Part shown: positions 8,680-16,902 of the stretch, one piece after another
Layout of the letters: the number at the start of each line of letters is the position of its first letter
How positions within the stretch are numbered: position 1 is the first letter of the stretch
From: a virus
Taxonomy: Duplodnaviria; Caudoviricetes
Reading direction: 5' to 3' (one strand)
Virus record (IMG/VR): IMGVR_UViG_3300028586_000001
Coordinates: 1-64,000 of that record
DNA: 64,000 nt
The notes under the pieces: model-generated
What the model was told of the DNA's origin: nothing
Seen by the model: the letters and a program-made list of their open reading frames with translations, nothing else
Databases searched by the model: none
Position numbers and translations under genes: made by a program

Positions 8680-9517
8680 CACTTTCTTGCAAAGCGGAAA
8701 GCACAGCCTCGAAAGTTGTCACACCATCGACAAGTCCTGCCGTTTTTGCTTCTTCGCCATAAAACTCCTTGCCTTCCGAGTCGGCCCGTGCCTTGGTCAG
8801 GTTGCGCATCTCTGCGACGTGCTCGATGAAGACCTCGTTGGAGGCGTCCATGCCGTGCTGGAACTGTGCGCGGGCGGCGTCCGTCAGCGGCTCGAAGCGA
8901 TTGACCAGGGCCTTGTACTTACCCGAACGCATGACGGTGATGTTCACACCCATGTCGGCGTACATCTTCGAGTAGTCCATGTGGGTGGCGATGATGCCGA
9001 TGGAACCAGCGCCGCCGCCCTTTGGCATGAAAACCTGGCCTGCTGCCGAAGCGAGGCAGTACGCCGCCGAGAACATGGACTCGCCAAAGGCCAGCACAGG
9101 GACAAGGTTCTCGTTGATGGCGCGGATCATGCGGGCCGTATCGAACATGCCTGCGACAGAGCCGCCGCCCGATTCCACGTCGAGGATGATGCCCTTGACC
9201 ATTGGATCATTGACAGCATGGACCAGGGCTTCGCGGATCGCCGGGTACGACGCAACCTTGTCATAACGGTCCCAGTAATTCGCGGCGTTGGTCATCGGGC
9301 CTTTGATGTCGATGATGGCCACGTTGCCGTGCATCGACAGCAGGTATGGTGGAGGCGGCTTTTCCTGCGAACCGCCGCTGTAGCTGGCCATCGCGGCTTG
9401 CGGGATCGGGCGCTCGGCGGTGGCGTGCAGGCGAGCCATCAGTGAGTGTAGGGACGACTCCGTACCGGCCCAGAGGCCGTCAGGAATCGCCATTGCGAGC
9501 AGTGCGTTTTTGTCCAT
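8663..9517 (-). CDS. S49-family prohead maturation protease (lambda gpC-like)
   Basis: ILDVESGGG, FSAAYCLAS (SAAY catalytic Ser motif), GSIGI, SGKYKA. Confidence 0.9.
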   Translation of the reverse strand: MDKNALLAMAIPDGLWAGTESSLHSLMARLHATAERPIPQAAMASYSGGSQEKPPPPYLLSMHGNVAIIDIKGPMTNAANYWDRYDKVASYPAIREALVHAVNDPMVKGIILDVESGGGSVAGMFDTARMIRAINENLVPVLAFGESMFSAAYCLASAAGQVFMPKGGGAGSIGIIATHMDYSKMYADMGVNITVMRSGKYKALVNRFEPLTDAARAQFQHGMDASNEVFIEHVAEMRNLTKARADSEGKEFYGEEAKTAGLVDGVTTFEAVLSALQESVDKQQ

Positions 9518-11067
9518 TACTTCTCCTTCTGGGGGTCTGATTGTTTGTTTTTGCCCTTGACGCCAGCGCTGCCGGGGTCCTGGTTCTTGTTAAGCGCCGA
9601 GCCGCCATTGCTCGACCCGTCGTTGCCTGGGTCCGTGCTGGCCACCTTGGACTTGAACAAGGTGCCTGACAAGGGTTTGAACGACGCCGGTGGCAGGTGG
9701 CCAGTCAGCTCGATGGCGCACTCCTCATCGCTGACGAAGCCCAGCGACAGCATCTCCAGCCAGCGCGATTGCTTGGCCGACTTGAACGCTTCAACTTCGT
9801 TCTCCGGGCGCAGATCGATGGAGTCATACTTGAACTTGACGAACACGTCATGTCCCAGCAGGCGCACGCCCAGCGTGAACATCCGGCTGTAGAACTCGTT
9901 GAGCTTGAACTGCACGGCGCCAGCCGCCGCTTTGACGAACAGCATCGACTGGGTGGACGCCACGCTCGATGTCGAGTCCATGCCCAGCACGGCAGGCATG
10001 GTCTTGGTGCCAGCGGCCAGCTTGGAATCAACGATGGCCTTGATCTCCTTGTACTCGGCTGAGATCGAGGAGTTTCCGTTGTTGAGGTAGTCGATGACGA
10101 TGAAGTCATAGTGCACCAGGGCGTCGTCAGGCCCCAGGTCATTGATCATCTGTTGTACATCGGACAGGATTTGATTCTGGTAGGTCGTGACGCCGTCTTC
10201 TTCGTTCTGGACTTCAGCCGGGATCGACTTGAAGAACTTCTCGTAGTCGATGGTCACGTTGATTCGCGGGTGGATCGCTCGCTTGATAACCCGTTGTAAG
10301 TCTGCAACAAAAGCTTCAGCGAACAGTACCGCCTTGATCGCCGGTTCCAACGGCGACGACGGGTATGCCTTGGTCAGGTCTTGGTCCAGCGCGATGTAGA
10401 AGATGGTCGGAGCGTCGAGGACGGTGTCCTTGCCGCCGACCGATTGGACCGGGACAAGGTAGCCATCTTTGTCCGGCTGCATCTTCATACCGGCCACCGA
10501 GATCGGCTGGACGCGCTCCGGGATGCGGGCCTTGTCCAGGACCAGCTCGGCGCACATGCCGCCCTCCTGGAGGATTTCCTTGGCCAGCGATTCCGAGCAC
10601 GACAGGAGCGACGCCACGCCGTTAAAGCCCTTCGTGTAGTCAGGCAGAACGTCGATGCGCGTGATCAACTGCTGGAGGGCTGACGTGGCCTCCGGGTTGG
10701 TTGTACGGTCTGGGTTGTACGCCACCGCCGTGTAGCCCGATGTCAGGGCCACGCGCAGGTAGGTGAAGATGGCAGCGGAAAACTCGGGGGATGCGGCAAC
10801 GAAGTCGCGCATGACAGCCGACGTGGACGCCCCGTTGCGTAGAGTCATCGTGTCCGTGGTGGCCAGCCGCCGATCCGGGATCGGGAGCGGCGACTGGGAC
10901 ATCTTGGCCGAGGTCGAGTACGACGGCAGGGCCTGCGGCTTGGACTTCACCTTCGGATCAGCAGGCGTCGGGATGGCTGTCGCAGCAGACAGGTGCATCT
11001 CGATCTCACCGTACGGATTGGCGCTACTGGAGCGCCCGAAAGAGAACATGGACTTGAGGTTGAACAT
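9517..11067 (-). CDS. Portal protein
   Basis: About 516 aa between terminase and protease. Start at ATG 11067 with RBS. Alternative GTG 11124. Confidence 0.75.
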   Translation of the reverse strand: MFNLKSMFSFGRSSSANPYGEIEMHLSAATAIPTPADPKVKSKPQALPSYSTSAKMSQSPLPIPDRRLATTDTMTLRNGASTSAVMRDFVAASPEFSAAIFTYLRVALTSGYTAVAYNPDRTTNPEATSALQQLITRIDVLPDYTKGFNGVASLLSCSESLAKEILQEGGMCAELVLDKARIPERVQPISVAGMKMQPDKDGYLVPVQSVGGKDTVLDAPTIFYIALDQDLTKAYPSSPLEPAIKAVLFAEAFVADLQRVIKRAIHPRINVTIDYEKFFKSIPAEVQNEEDGVTTYQNQILSDVQQMINDLGPDDALVHYDFIVIDYLNNGNSSISAEYKEIKAIVDSKLAAGTKTMPAVLGMDSTSSVASTQSMLFVKAAAGAVQFKLNEFYSRMFTLGVRLLGHDVFVKFKYDSIDLRPENEVEAFKSAKQSRWLEMLSLGFVSDEECAIELTGHLPPASFKPLSGTLFKSKVASTDPGNDGSSNGGSALNKNQDPGSAGVKGKNKQSDPQKEK

Positions 11068-11120
11068 TAGGAGTTTCCTGCTGGAATTTCGCCGCAGTCT
11101 ACCACGAATGTTGCCCTCAA

Positions 11121-12947
11121 TCACACATTCTTATTCTTCAGCTTTAGCTTCATCACGAGGTTTCGGATTGGAGTAGTCGTATTGACTACGCCCATCAGCT
11201 TCGATGCAACCACCATGTAAAGGAGGCTATGGTGCATGTGGTCTTCACCTTGTGTCTTCCTCCACACAAAGATCAGTTCGTCACCATCGAACTCACGAAC
11301 GCGCTTCTGATCCTGCATGTGACGAACCCACATAGCATCGTTCGGAGAAAGCTGTTCTTTCACCACGCCTTGCTCAGCGCGCACCAGGATTTTGCCAGCA
11401 CGGACTTGACCCATGATGTGGTCGAACCCCTTGTCGCGGTTGATGTTCACCACGCGCAGGCCCTGCTTGCCTTCGTCCTTGTCTTCGTCCTGTTCCCGGA
11501 CCTTATAAATTTCGGCCGAACGCTTGTTCCGAACGTAGACCCCGGCGAAGACCTTCGAGTCGGTCTGCTGCATGCGCCACACGGTCTCGGTGTACGGACC
11601 ATGGTCAACCACACAGGAGCGAACGCGCCATGCCTTGGCAAGTTCGAGGCGACGGTCGTAGACCTTGAACAGCGGGATCATCTCACGGTACACCACCGCG
11701 ATCTGGCCATCAGGCATGACGGCGCCGATGGTGCAGGCACAAAGGTTGCCCATGTCCAGCCCCATGACCATTGGGAACGACAGGCTGACCTCGCTCGTGA
11801 TCAGCAGCTTCAGCAACTCCTCCTCGGTGAAGGAGGCTTCCTTGTCCTCCAGGGCCATGCCAAGGCGCTGGTTGTAAAAGTCTTGCAGCCGTTCGTACTT
11901 CACGCTGTCGCGCACGAGGTGCGACGGCAGGATGATGTTCGGGCAGGAAAACGGGGAGACCTTGAAGCCAGCGGCGACGAAGGTGTCCAGCGTGTTCTCG
12001 CACACCCAGTTGCGGTACTTCTCGGACAGGTCAACCCGACCAGCACATTTCGGACAGGCCACGAAGGCTTCCTGCCAGCGGAATTTCGGGCTGGCAAAAG
12101 TGGACTTGAGGATGTCCTTCCGGATGTCACCCTTGAAGTCTGGAATCTTGATGTGCTCGAAGTAGTCCGGCTCGAACCAGTGGTTGCAACGATGGCACTT
12201 GCACAGGTGGACGTGACGGCGCGACTCCTTGTACGCCTTGTCGATCCCGTAACCGGGAATGGACGGCGTGGAGAGCTTGACGTTGAACTGGTGCTTGGAG
12301 TGAATCAGGCGCGACTCAAACAGCGTCAGCACCTCCTGGTTGCTGTTATCCACCTCGTCGCCAATGAGCATATCGGCAGGCACGGAAATAGCCTGGGAGT
12401 CCACCTGTGCACCCTTGAGGTACAGGTATGAATCACCAAACTGCTTCATGTCGGTATTGTCAACCGTCTTCGAGATGCCTTCCTTCAGGTACGGCGACCC
12501 GGCAATGATCGGGTCGATTCGCGTCTTCATGAAGTTCATCGCCGCCTTGGCCGATGGCAAGGTGTAGATGGTCGAGAACCCAGAGATGAGGTTGCCCATG
12601 GCAAGTGCCAGACGGGCGCTCATCTCGGAGATTCCCATCTGTGCCGACTTGATGATCACCTTCTCCTTCGACAGGTCCTTCAGGATGAACTCCTGATACT
12701 CGTGGTCCTGGAAGGAGAACTTTTCACCGCGCAGGTACGTGTTCTCGGTGATGAAGTCCGCGATGGTCTCGCGGCTGTGAGCCGACATCGACGCAACGAG
12801 CCGGGCGATATGGCGCTGAAAGCCTTCGTCGTTGAGCATGGGGCTGCTCCAGCCTGTACCCAGTGTAGGGTCCAGACTTTCCAGCTCTTTGAAGATGTCT
12901 AGGTCGCTCAATTTATTTTCCGATACAGCAAAACTTGCAGTTGCCAC
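11121..12947 (-). CDS. terL: Terminase large subunit, lambda GpA type
   Basis: IIKSAQMGISE Walker-A variant, IGDEVD Walker B, LSTP, CHRC/CPKC zinc motif, GLDMG nuclease motif. Exact start uncertain (12947, 12911 or further downstream). Confidence 0.9.
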   Translation of the reverse strand: MATASFAVSENKLSDLDIFKELESLDPTLGTGWSSPMLNDEGFQRHIARLVASMSAHSRETIADFITENTYLRGEKFSFQDHEYQEFILKDLSKEKVIIKSAQMGISEMSARLALAMGNLISGFSTIYTLPSAKAAMNFMKTRIDPIIAGSPYLKEGISKTVDNTDMKQFGDSYLYLKGAQVDSQAISVPADMLIGDEVDNSNQEVLTLFESRLIHSKHQFNVKLSTPSIPGYGIDKAYKESRRHVHLCKCHRCNHWFEPDYFEHIKIPDFKGDIRKDILKSTFASPKFRWQEAFVACPKCAGRVDLSEKYRNWVCENTLDTFVAAGFKVSPFSCPNIILPSHLVRDSVKYERLQDFYNQRLGMALEDKEASFTEEELLKLLITSEVSLSFPMVMGLDMGNLCACTIGAVMPDGQIAVVYREMIPLFKVYDRRLELAKAWRVRSCVVDHGPYTETVWRMQQTDSKVFAGVYVRNKRSAEIYKVREQDEDKDEGKQGLRVVNINRDKGFDHIMGQVRAGKILVRAEQGVVKEQLSPNDAMWVRHMQDQKRVREFDGDELIFVWRKTQGEDHMHHSLLYMVVASKLMGVVNTTTPIRNLVMKLKLKNKNV

Positions 12948-13117
12948 GCGAACCAGCGCGTGTAAAACCAGATGTTGACCCCGAAGTCCGGGGGTTCAAT
13001 GAATGTGGGCTTGACGACGCTCATGGACAGCAGGCGCCACCAGGGCCAGGTTTGCGGACCGAAGTGCGGCAGCTTCCTGAAATAGGTCTTCCCGTTGTGG
13101 CGTACCTGGAGTTTCAC
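12908..13117 (-). CDS. Hypothetical protein
   Basis: 69 aa, tiles with neighbours. Confidence 0.5.
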   Translation of the reverse strand: MKLQVRHNGKTYFRKLPHFGPQTWPWWRLLSMSVVKPTFIEPPDFGVNIWFYTRWFAWQLQVLLYRKIN

Positions 13118-13119
13118 GT

Positions 13120-13275
13120 TTAGCTCCGCGTCTTTTTCTGATCGCGGCGGTCGTAGCCCACCAGGTAGCGTTGAGGCGCATCGGGCAGAGCGCCGCGACG
13201 ATCTTCATCGATCAGCATCAGGCACTGGAGCTTGAGGCTGGCCCAGCGACGGCTCAGGCGATTGAAGAAGTTCAT
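13120..13275 (-). CDS. Hypothetical 51-aa protein
   Basis: Hand-translated MNFFNRLSRRW...KKTRS, ATGA overlap with the upstream stop. Confidence 0.5.
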   Translation of the reverse strand: MNFFNRLSRRWASLKLQCLMLIDEDRRGALPDAPQRYLVGYDRRDQKKTRS

Positions 13276-13466
13276 ACGACACCTCGCGCAGCGACTTTCG
13301 CGCCCAGCAGTGCCAGTGCCATGTACGCTTCCGGCCCGTTGTCGCGCAGGAAAGTGGTGAGAGTCTGAGCGATTTCGCCAACACGGTGCCGTTGCAGTTC
13401 CGGCATGGTGGCAATCTCACGCTCGACTTCGAGGACCATCAGATCAGCGGCTTGTTGTTCTGTCAT
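13272..13466 (-). CDS. Hypothetical protein
   Basis: 64 aa, ATGA coupling on both sides. Confidence 0.6.
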   Translation of the reverse strand: MTEQQAADLMVLEVEREIATMPELQRHRVGEIAQTLTTFLRDNGPEAYMALALLGAKVAARGVV

Positions 13467-13909
13467 TTTGGGGTATCCAATACGAGGGTCTTGTACTGCT
13501 CCAGGAATGCGTCAGCGGATTCCTTCGGCAGGAGTTTGAGATGTCGGATCATCAGGTTCTCGATCTTCTTGAACCGCTCGGCGGTGTGCAAGTCAACCTG
13601 GAGTTTGGCAAGTGATGTGAGGGCAACCGAACAGGCGTTGACCACCGAGGCTTTCTTGTTGGCCTCCTCGTTGCCATTGAGCGTCTGGGCCTGGAGGCCC
13701 TTGACGGTCATGAACTGGCGAACGACTTCTTCTTCCAGGTCCAGCTCATTGATGTCCATCGGCGGCAGACGCGAGTCGATCAGATTGCGCAGCGTCAGCA
13801 GCTCGACCATGCTGTAGAGGGAGATGTCCAGGCCCTGGAGTGAGGCCGGGGATTGGTCAGCGTTGAGCTTGCTGTTGCGAGGGAATTCCCCGCCGTGATC
13901 GTTAAACAT
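13463..13909 (-). CDS. Candidate terminase small subunit
   Basis: 148 aa, helical, about 0.5 kb upstream of terL. Call rests on size and position only. Confidence 0.4.
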   Translation of the reverse strand: MFNDHGGEFPRNSKLNADQSPASLQGLDISLYSMVELLTLRNLIDSRLPPMDINELDLEEEVVRQFMTVKGLQAQTLNGNEEANKKASVVNACSVALTSLAKLQVDLHTAERFKKIENLMIRHLKLLPKESADAFLEQYKTLVLDTPK

Positions 13910-14168
13910 GGGCTAGTCCATGAGGTACTTTGCCGGCCAATCGCATGAACCTGACCATCTGACGATGGGAGATTCCACACGATTGTGCAGCTTTTTGAAT
14001 AGAAATGCCTGAGTTCTTCGCTTTTTCAGCGAAATTCATGCACTTTTCGTGGAATTCGGCTGCTTTTCGTGCAGCTTTAGCGCGATTTGCACAATATTCG
14101 ACCGTTTTGGTGCGCTCTGCCCGGCTCTTTCGAGCCGGGGGCTTCACTGGAGGGCGAAGGGTGTTCAT
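13902..14168 (-). CDS. Small basic HTH-like DNA-binding protein
   Basis: GISIQKAAQSCGISHRQMVRFMR HTH pattern. ATG 14168. Confidence 0.5.
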   Translation of the reverse strand: MNTLRPPVKPPARKSRAERTKTVEYCANRAKAARKAAEFHEKCMNFAEKAKNSGISIQKAAQSCGISHRQMVRFMRLAGKVPHGLAHV

Positions 14169-14235
14169 GGTCGGGCGTCCGGTGGGTCTTTCGGCCCGGA
14201 CGATGACAGCAGGATCAGCAGGATGGCCATGAAGC

Positions 14236-14478
14236 TCATGACTTACTCCCTGGCCACTTGCTGCTGGCATCCACGGTATGGTGATAGGTCACCTCGCTCC
14301 TCACCCCGGCCATGACGAAGCGCGAGATCAGGAAGTACAGCGCCGACAGGAACATGGCCAGCAGGAGCGCCAGCAGCATGTTCACGTCGTAGGGCTGCTT
14401 CTTGAGCGCGGTAAAGGCCAGCGATGCCATGATGGTCAGCGCCGATCCCCAGAACACCACGAAGGAAAACTTGGTCAT
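14236..14478 (-). CDS. Small two-TM membrane protein
   Basis: 80 aa with two hydrophobic helices. Confidence 0.6.
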   Translation of the reverse strand: MTKFSFVVFWGSALTIMASLAFTALKKQPYDVNMLLALLLAMFLSALYFLISRFVMAGVRSEVTYHHTVDASSKWPGSKS

Positions 14479-14609
14479 GACATTCCCGTAACAAAGGCCG
14501 TCGCACTGACAAGGACGATGGCAAGGAGTGCCACCTGGGCGAATCGCCGGAACAGGTGGGTGCGAAGTGCGTAGGCACGTTTCATATCGAGGTTGAGCCA
14601 GGTGAACAT
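14475..14609 (-). CDS. 44-aa protein with C-terminal TM helix
   Basis: MFTWLNLDMK...VALLAIVLVSATAFVTGMS, TGATG coupling. Confidence 0.45.
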   Translation of the reverse strand: MFTWLNLDMKRAYALRTHLFRRFAQVALLAIVLVSATAFVTGMS

Positions 14610-14956
14610 CACTCGTGGCTCACTGGTTGGGAGAATGGGTGCGGGTGCATTTCGCGGAAGGTAGTGCCCGATGGTGCCGGATACAGGGGGCGTGTTGCTG
14701 GCGCTGCTGGGCGCGGCGCGTCGGTAGGCTCCACTGGCTGAATCAGCGGATTGCCAAACTTGGCCTTGGTCCCGAACATCTTGACAACGACGCCCTTGAT
14801 GATGACCAGACGCTTGCCGCACCAATACTGGCCGCAGTCCTGGAGTTCTTCGATGACGGTGTCGATGCCCTTGCGGTGGCCATCGCTGCGGCCCCGTACG
14901 TATCCGATGATGGCGCCGATGGTCAGGTTGATGCCGATGGTGATCAGTTCGCTCAT
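14609..14956 (-). CDS. Membrane-anchored hypothetical protein
   Basis: 115 aa, N-terminal TM, ATGA coupling. Confidence 0.6.
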   Translation of the reverse strand: MSELITIGINLTIGAIIGYVRGRSDGHRKGIDTVIEELQDCGQYWCGKRLVIIKGVVVKMFGTKAKFGNPLIQPVEPTDAPRPAAPATRPLYPAPSGTTFREMHPHPFSQPVSHE

Positions 14957-15195
14957 GGCTTGCTTTCTTCAGGTGTTGGGGTTGGTGCCGGTGGCACTGG
15001 CCGTGGTGGTGGCGGCGTCGGTGTGATCGTCGTGACCTCGCTCGATACGACCTTGGTGCGGTCGTAGGTCCAGAAACCGAAGTCCCGGAACGATTGGATG
15101 ATCGAGACTTTGGCATCAGCGATGCCGGTGCCGTAGCCGATTCCGTAGACCAGAATACCGGCCAGGATGATCGCTACGATTTGCCAACCGCTCAT
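14953..15195 (-). CDS. Membrane-anchored protein with Pro-rich tail
   Basis: N-terminal TM (WQIVAIILAGILVYGIGY), C-terminal PTPPPPRPVPPAPTP. Confidence 0.6.
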   Translation of the reverse strand: MSGWQIVAIILAGILVYGIGYGTGIADAKVSIIQSFRDFGFWTYDRTKVVSSEVTTITPTPPPPRPVPPAPTPTPEESKP

Positions 15196-15431
15196 TTCTT
15201 GTTTTCGTGCTGGTTGCATTGCTTCTCCATAAGGCCATAGTGGCTGAGAATGCCGAAGGCCATCTGGATGGCGTCTTCACGGCGAAGTTCGATGGTGGCG
15301 AGGCGCATACCGCCATGACCAGGGCTTCGGACGGTCACCATGGCAACTTGCTGCGGCCCTTCGTTGATCGACACATATCCAGGGTACGCGCCGTTCGGTT
15401 CGGTGAAGGCATGGATGTTCTTGACGGCCAT
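15192..15431 (-). CDS. Hypothetical protein
   Basis: 79 aa from ATG 15431 with GGAG RBS. Confidence 0.6.
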   Translation of the reverse strand: MAVKNIHAFTEPNGAYPGYVSINEGPQQVAMVTVRSPGHGGMRLATIELRREDAIQMAFGILSHYGLMEKQCNQHENKK

Positions 15432-15435
15432 GATG

Positions 15436-15747
15436 TTACGACTCCAGTGAGTGTAGGAAGGCGACAGCGGCGATGCCAATGACACCGCCACACCCCATGG
15501 CCAGACCCAGGCTCGGGTCGCTGCCCCGGAAAAAGGAGTAGGCCGTGACGGCGGCGGTGCCGAGGACTATGTACAGGGTAGCGTCCTTGTACGGCGGCAG
15601 TGCCGCGCACTTCGTCGCTGCCACTGCCGTCGAAACCGCCACCGCCTGCTCAGATGGCCAGATGCGGGCCAGTATCTTTGCCGTCCTGATGGTCTTCTTT
15701 GGTCGGGCTGTCATGTGGGGCGGTGTCGGCGCTGGCATTGTGTTCAT
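15436..15747 (-). CDS. Hypothetical protein with two C-terminal TM helices
   Basis: First ORF after the leftward promoter. Start uncertain, no clear SD. Confidence 0.45.
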   Translation of the reverse strand: MNTMPAPTPPHMTARPKKTIRTAKILARIWPSEQAVAVSTAVAATKCAALPPYKDATLYIVLGTAAVTAYSFFRGSDPSLGLAMGCGGVIGIAAVAFLHSLES

Positions 15748-15769
15748 CCGGAAAGTTTGATTGGTGGCA

Positions 15770-15798
15770 ATCATAGTCGAATTTGTCCTACATGTCAC
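15770..15798 (-). promoter_or_regulatory. Leftward sigma70 promoter
   Basis: GTGACA-N17-TATGAT. Confidence 0.65.
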
Positions 15799-16018
15799 CG
15801 GGCAACTGTGGTTTCTTCGAGTTGTTAGATGTACATCGAAATTTTGGAAAATGTGGCCGGTATTTCTGAGGACCCTGGAGGGCCGGGCGCACCGCCACCG
15901 GCACAAATGACTCCCCCGTCACTCGATCAGGCGCGCCCGGTGCCGGTACTCTACCTAGTGTAGTCTCCTCTGTCCGTCACTTTGACGGTGCCGATGGCGC
16001 GCCCCGTTGCCTATTTAT

Positions 16019-16123
16019 TAGGCACTGACACGGCCCGCGACACTGCCTAAGCCGATGTCAATTGTTAAATAAAGTGTTAAATATCCTGCCCCTAGTGCCT
16101 CTTTTATAGGCACTGACACGGCC
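16019..16123 (+). repeat. 17-bp direct repeat TAGGCACTGACACGGCC x2
   Basis: Exact copies at 16019-16035 and 16107-16123. AGTGCCT-N7-AGGCACT inverted repeat at 16094-16114. Confidence 0.9.
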
Positions 16124-16146
16124 AGCGCCATGCCCTACAGGCCCGC

Positions 16147-16164
16147 CATGGGGCGCGACCCTTG
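16147..16164. other. Candidate cosN site (12-nt core GGGGCGCGACCC at 16150-16161)
   Basis: Imperfect 18-bp dyad CATGGGGCGCGACCCTTG. Core matches lambda cos GGGCGGCGACCT at 9/12. Sits between divergent arms of a GpA-terminase phage. Confidence 0.45.
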
Positions 16165-16244
16165 CCCCTGCCCTTGCTATTGCCGATTCTGTCGCCCGGT
16201 GGCGGTGCCTTAGAACGTGTCTATTCGTGCTTGTCATTGTGTCA

Positions 16245-16335
16245 CTCTTATATAAGACTACTCATATAGTACGTGTTAGTCTTATAGAAGACATGCACAT
16301 ACTCTTATATAAGACCTATGCACAGTCTTATACAT
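16245..16335. repeat. AT-rich iterated palindromes (TCTTATATAAGA and variants)
   Basis: Perfect TCTTATATAAGA at 16246-16257 and 16303-16314. GTCTT-ATAG-AAGAC at 16279-16292. Partial copy near 16325. Confidence 0.8.
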
Positions 16336-16386
16336 GAGTGATGCACAGTAACTTATGACACTACACTAGCTATAGTAATAGGCACT

Positions 16387-16482
16387 GCCACTGCCACTGC
16401 CACTGCCACTGCCACTGCCACTGCCACTGCCACTGCCACTGCCACTGCCACTGCCACTGCCACTGCCACTGCCACTGCCACT
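16387..16482 (+). repeat. Perfect hexanucleotide microsatellite (GCCACT)16
   Basis: 16 exact copies counted, flanked by GGCACT and GCCCCT/GCCCTT variants. Degenerate and inverted copies continue to about 16652. Confidence 0.95.
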
Positions 16483-16549
16483 GCCCCTGCCCTTATATAA
16501 GGCGCTGCCCCTGCCCCTGCCGGTGCCTCTGCTATAGGTAGTGGCGCTG

Positions 16550-16572
16550 CCCCTGCCCCTGCCCCCTGCCCC
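16550..16572 (-). other. Potential G-quadruplex motif
   Basis: Minus strand GGGG-CA-GGGGG-CA-GGGG-CA-GGGG. Confidence 0.6.
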
Positions 16573-16777
16573 TGCCGGTGCCGATGGCATAGGCACTGCC
16601 GGTGCCGCTACCCCTGCCGGTGGCGGTGCCGGTGCCGGTGGCAGTGGCAGTGGTTGTCACTTTGACAACTACATCGTCCTTGGGTATTAGTTGCTCGGTG
16701 GCAACGGCAATGGGCGGGGCGACAAAAAAGAACCTTTTATTTAGTTGTTTTAATTGCGCACACTTGTGCAAAAAGAC

Positions 16778-16806
16778 TTGCACACTTCAAAAAGAACCTT
16801 TAATAT
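16778..16806 (+). promoter_or_regulatory. Strong rightward sigma70 promoter
   Basis: TTGCAC-N17-TAATAT with A/T-tract UP-like region upstream. Confidence 0.8.
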
Positions 16807-16902
16807 TGAGTCTCAGTAGGGGGAAACAGACAAAACGGTCTGCCCTACAGAGGGTAAGCAATTCGGCCTGCCCCGCTAACACTCTCATATCGGAGAAACA
16901 CC

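Noticed and set aside
7601-9445. 614-aa plus-strand ORF, and similar long antisense ORFs such as 56180-58321, 52562-53992 and 6221-7453
   Set aside because: Shadow ORFs opposite strongly codon-biased GC-rich genes, with no motifs or RBS
14236-14478. Holin call for the two-TM protein
   Set aside because: No endolysin or spanin nearby. Hydrophobicity alone is insufficient.
16366-16596. Minus-strand 76-aa (Gly-Ser)n ORF, and (His-Cys)n or (Ala-Thr)n frames on the plus strand
   Set aside because: By-products of the hexamer repeat. No SD for the minus ORF, and the plus frames have an upstream stop or no nearby start codon.
15900-16700. CRISPR array or mini-array
   Set aside because: Repeats are short or tandem with no regular unique spacers of 26-40 bp, and no cas genes are present
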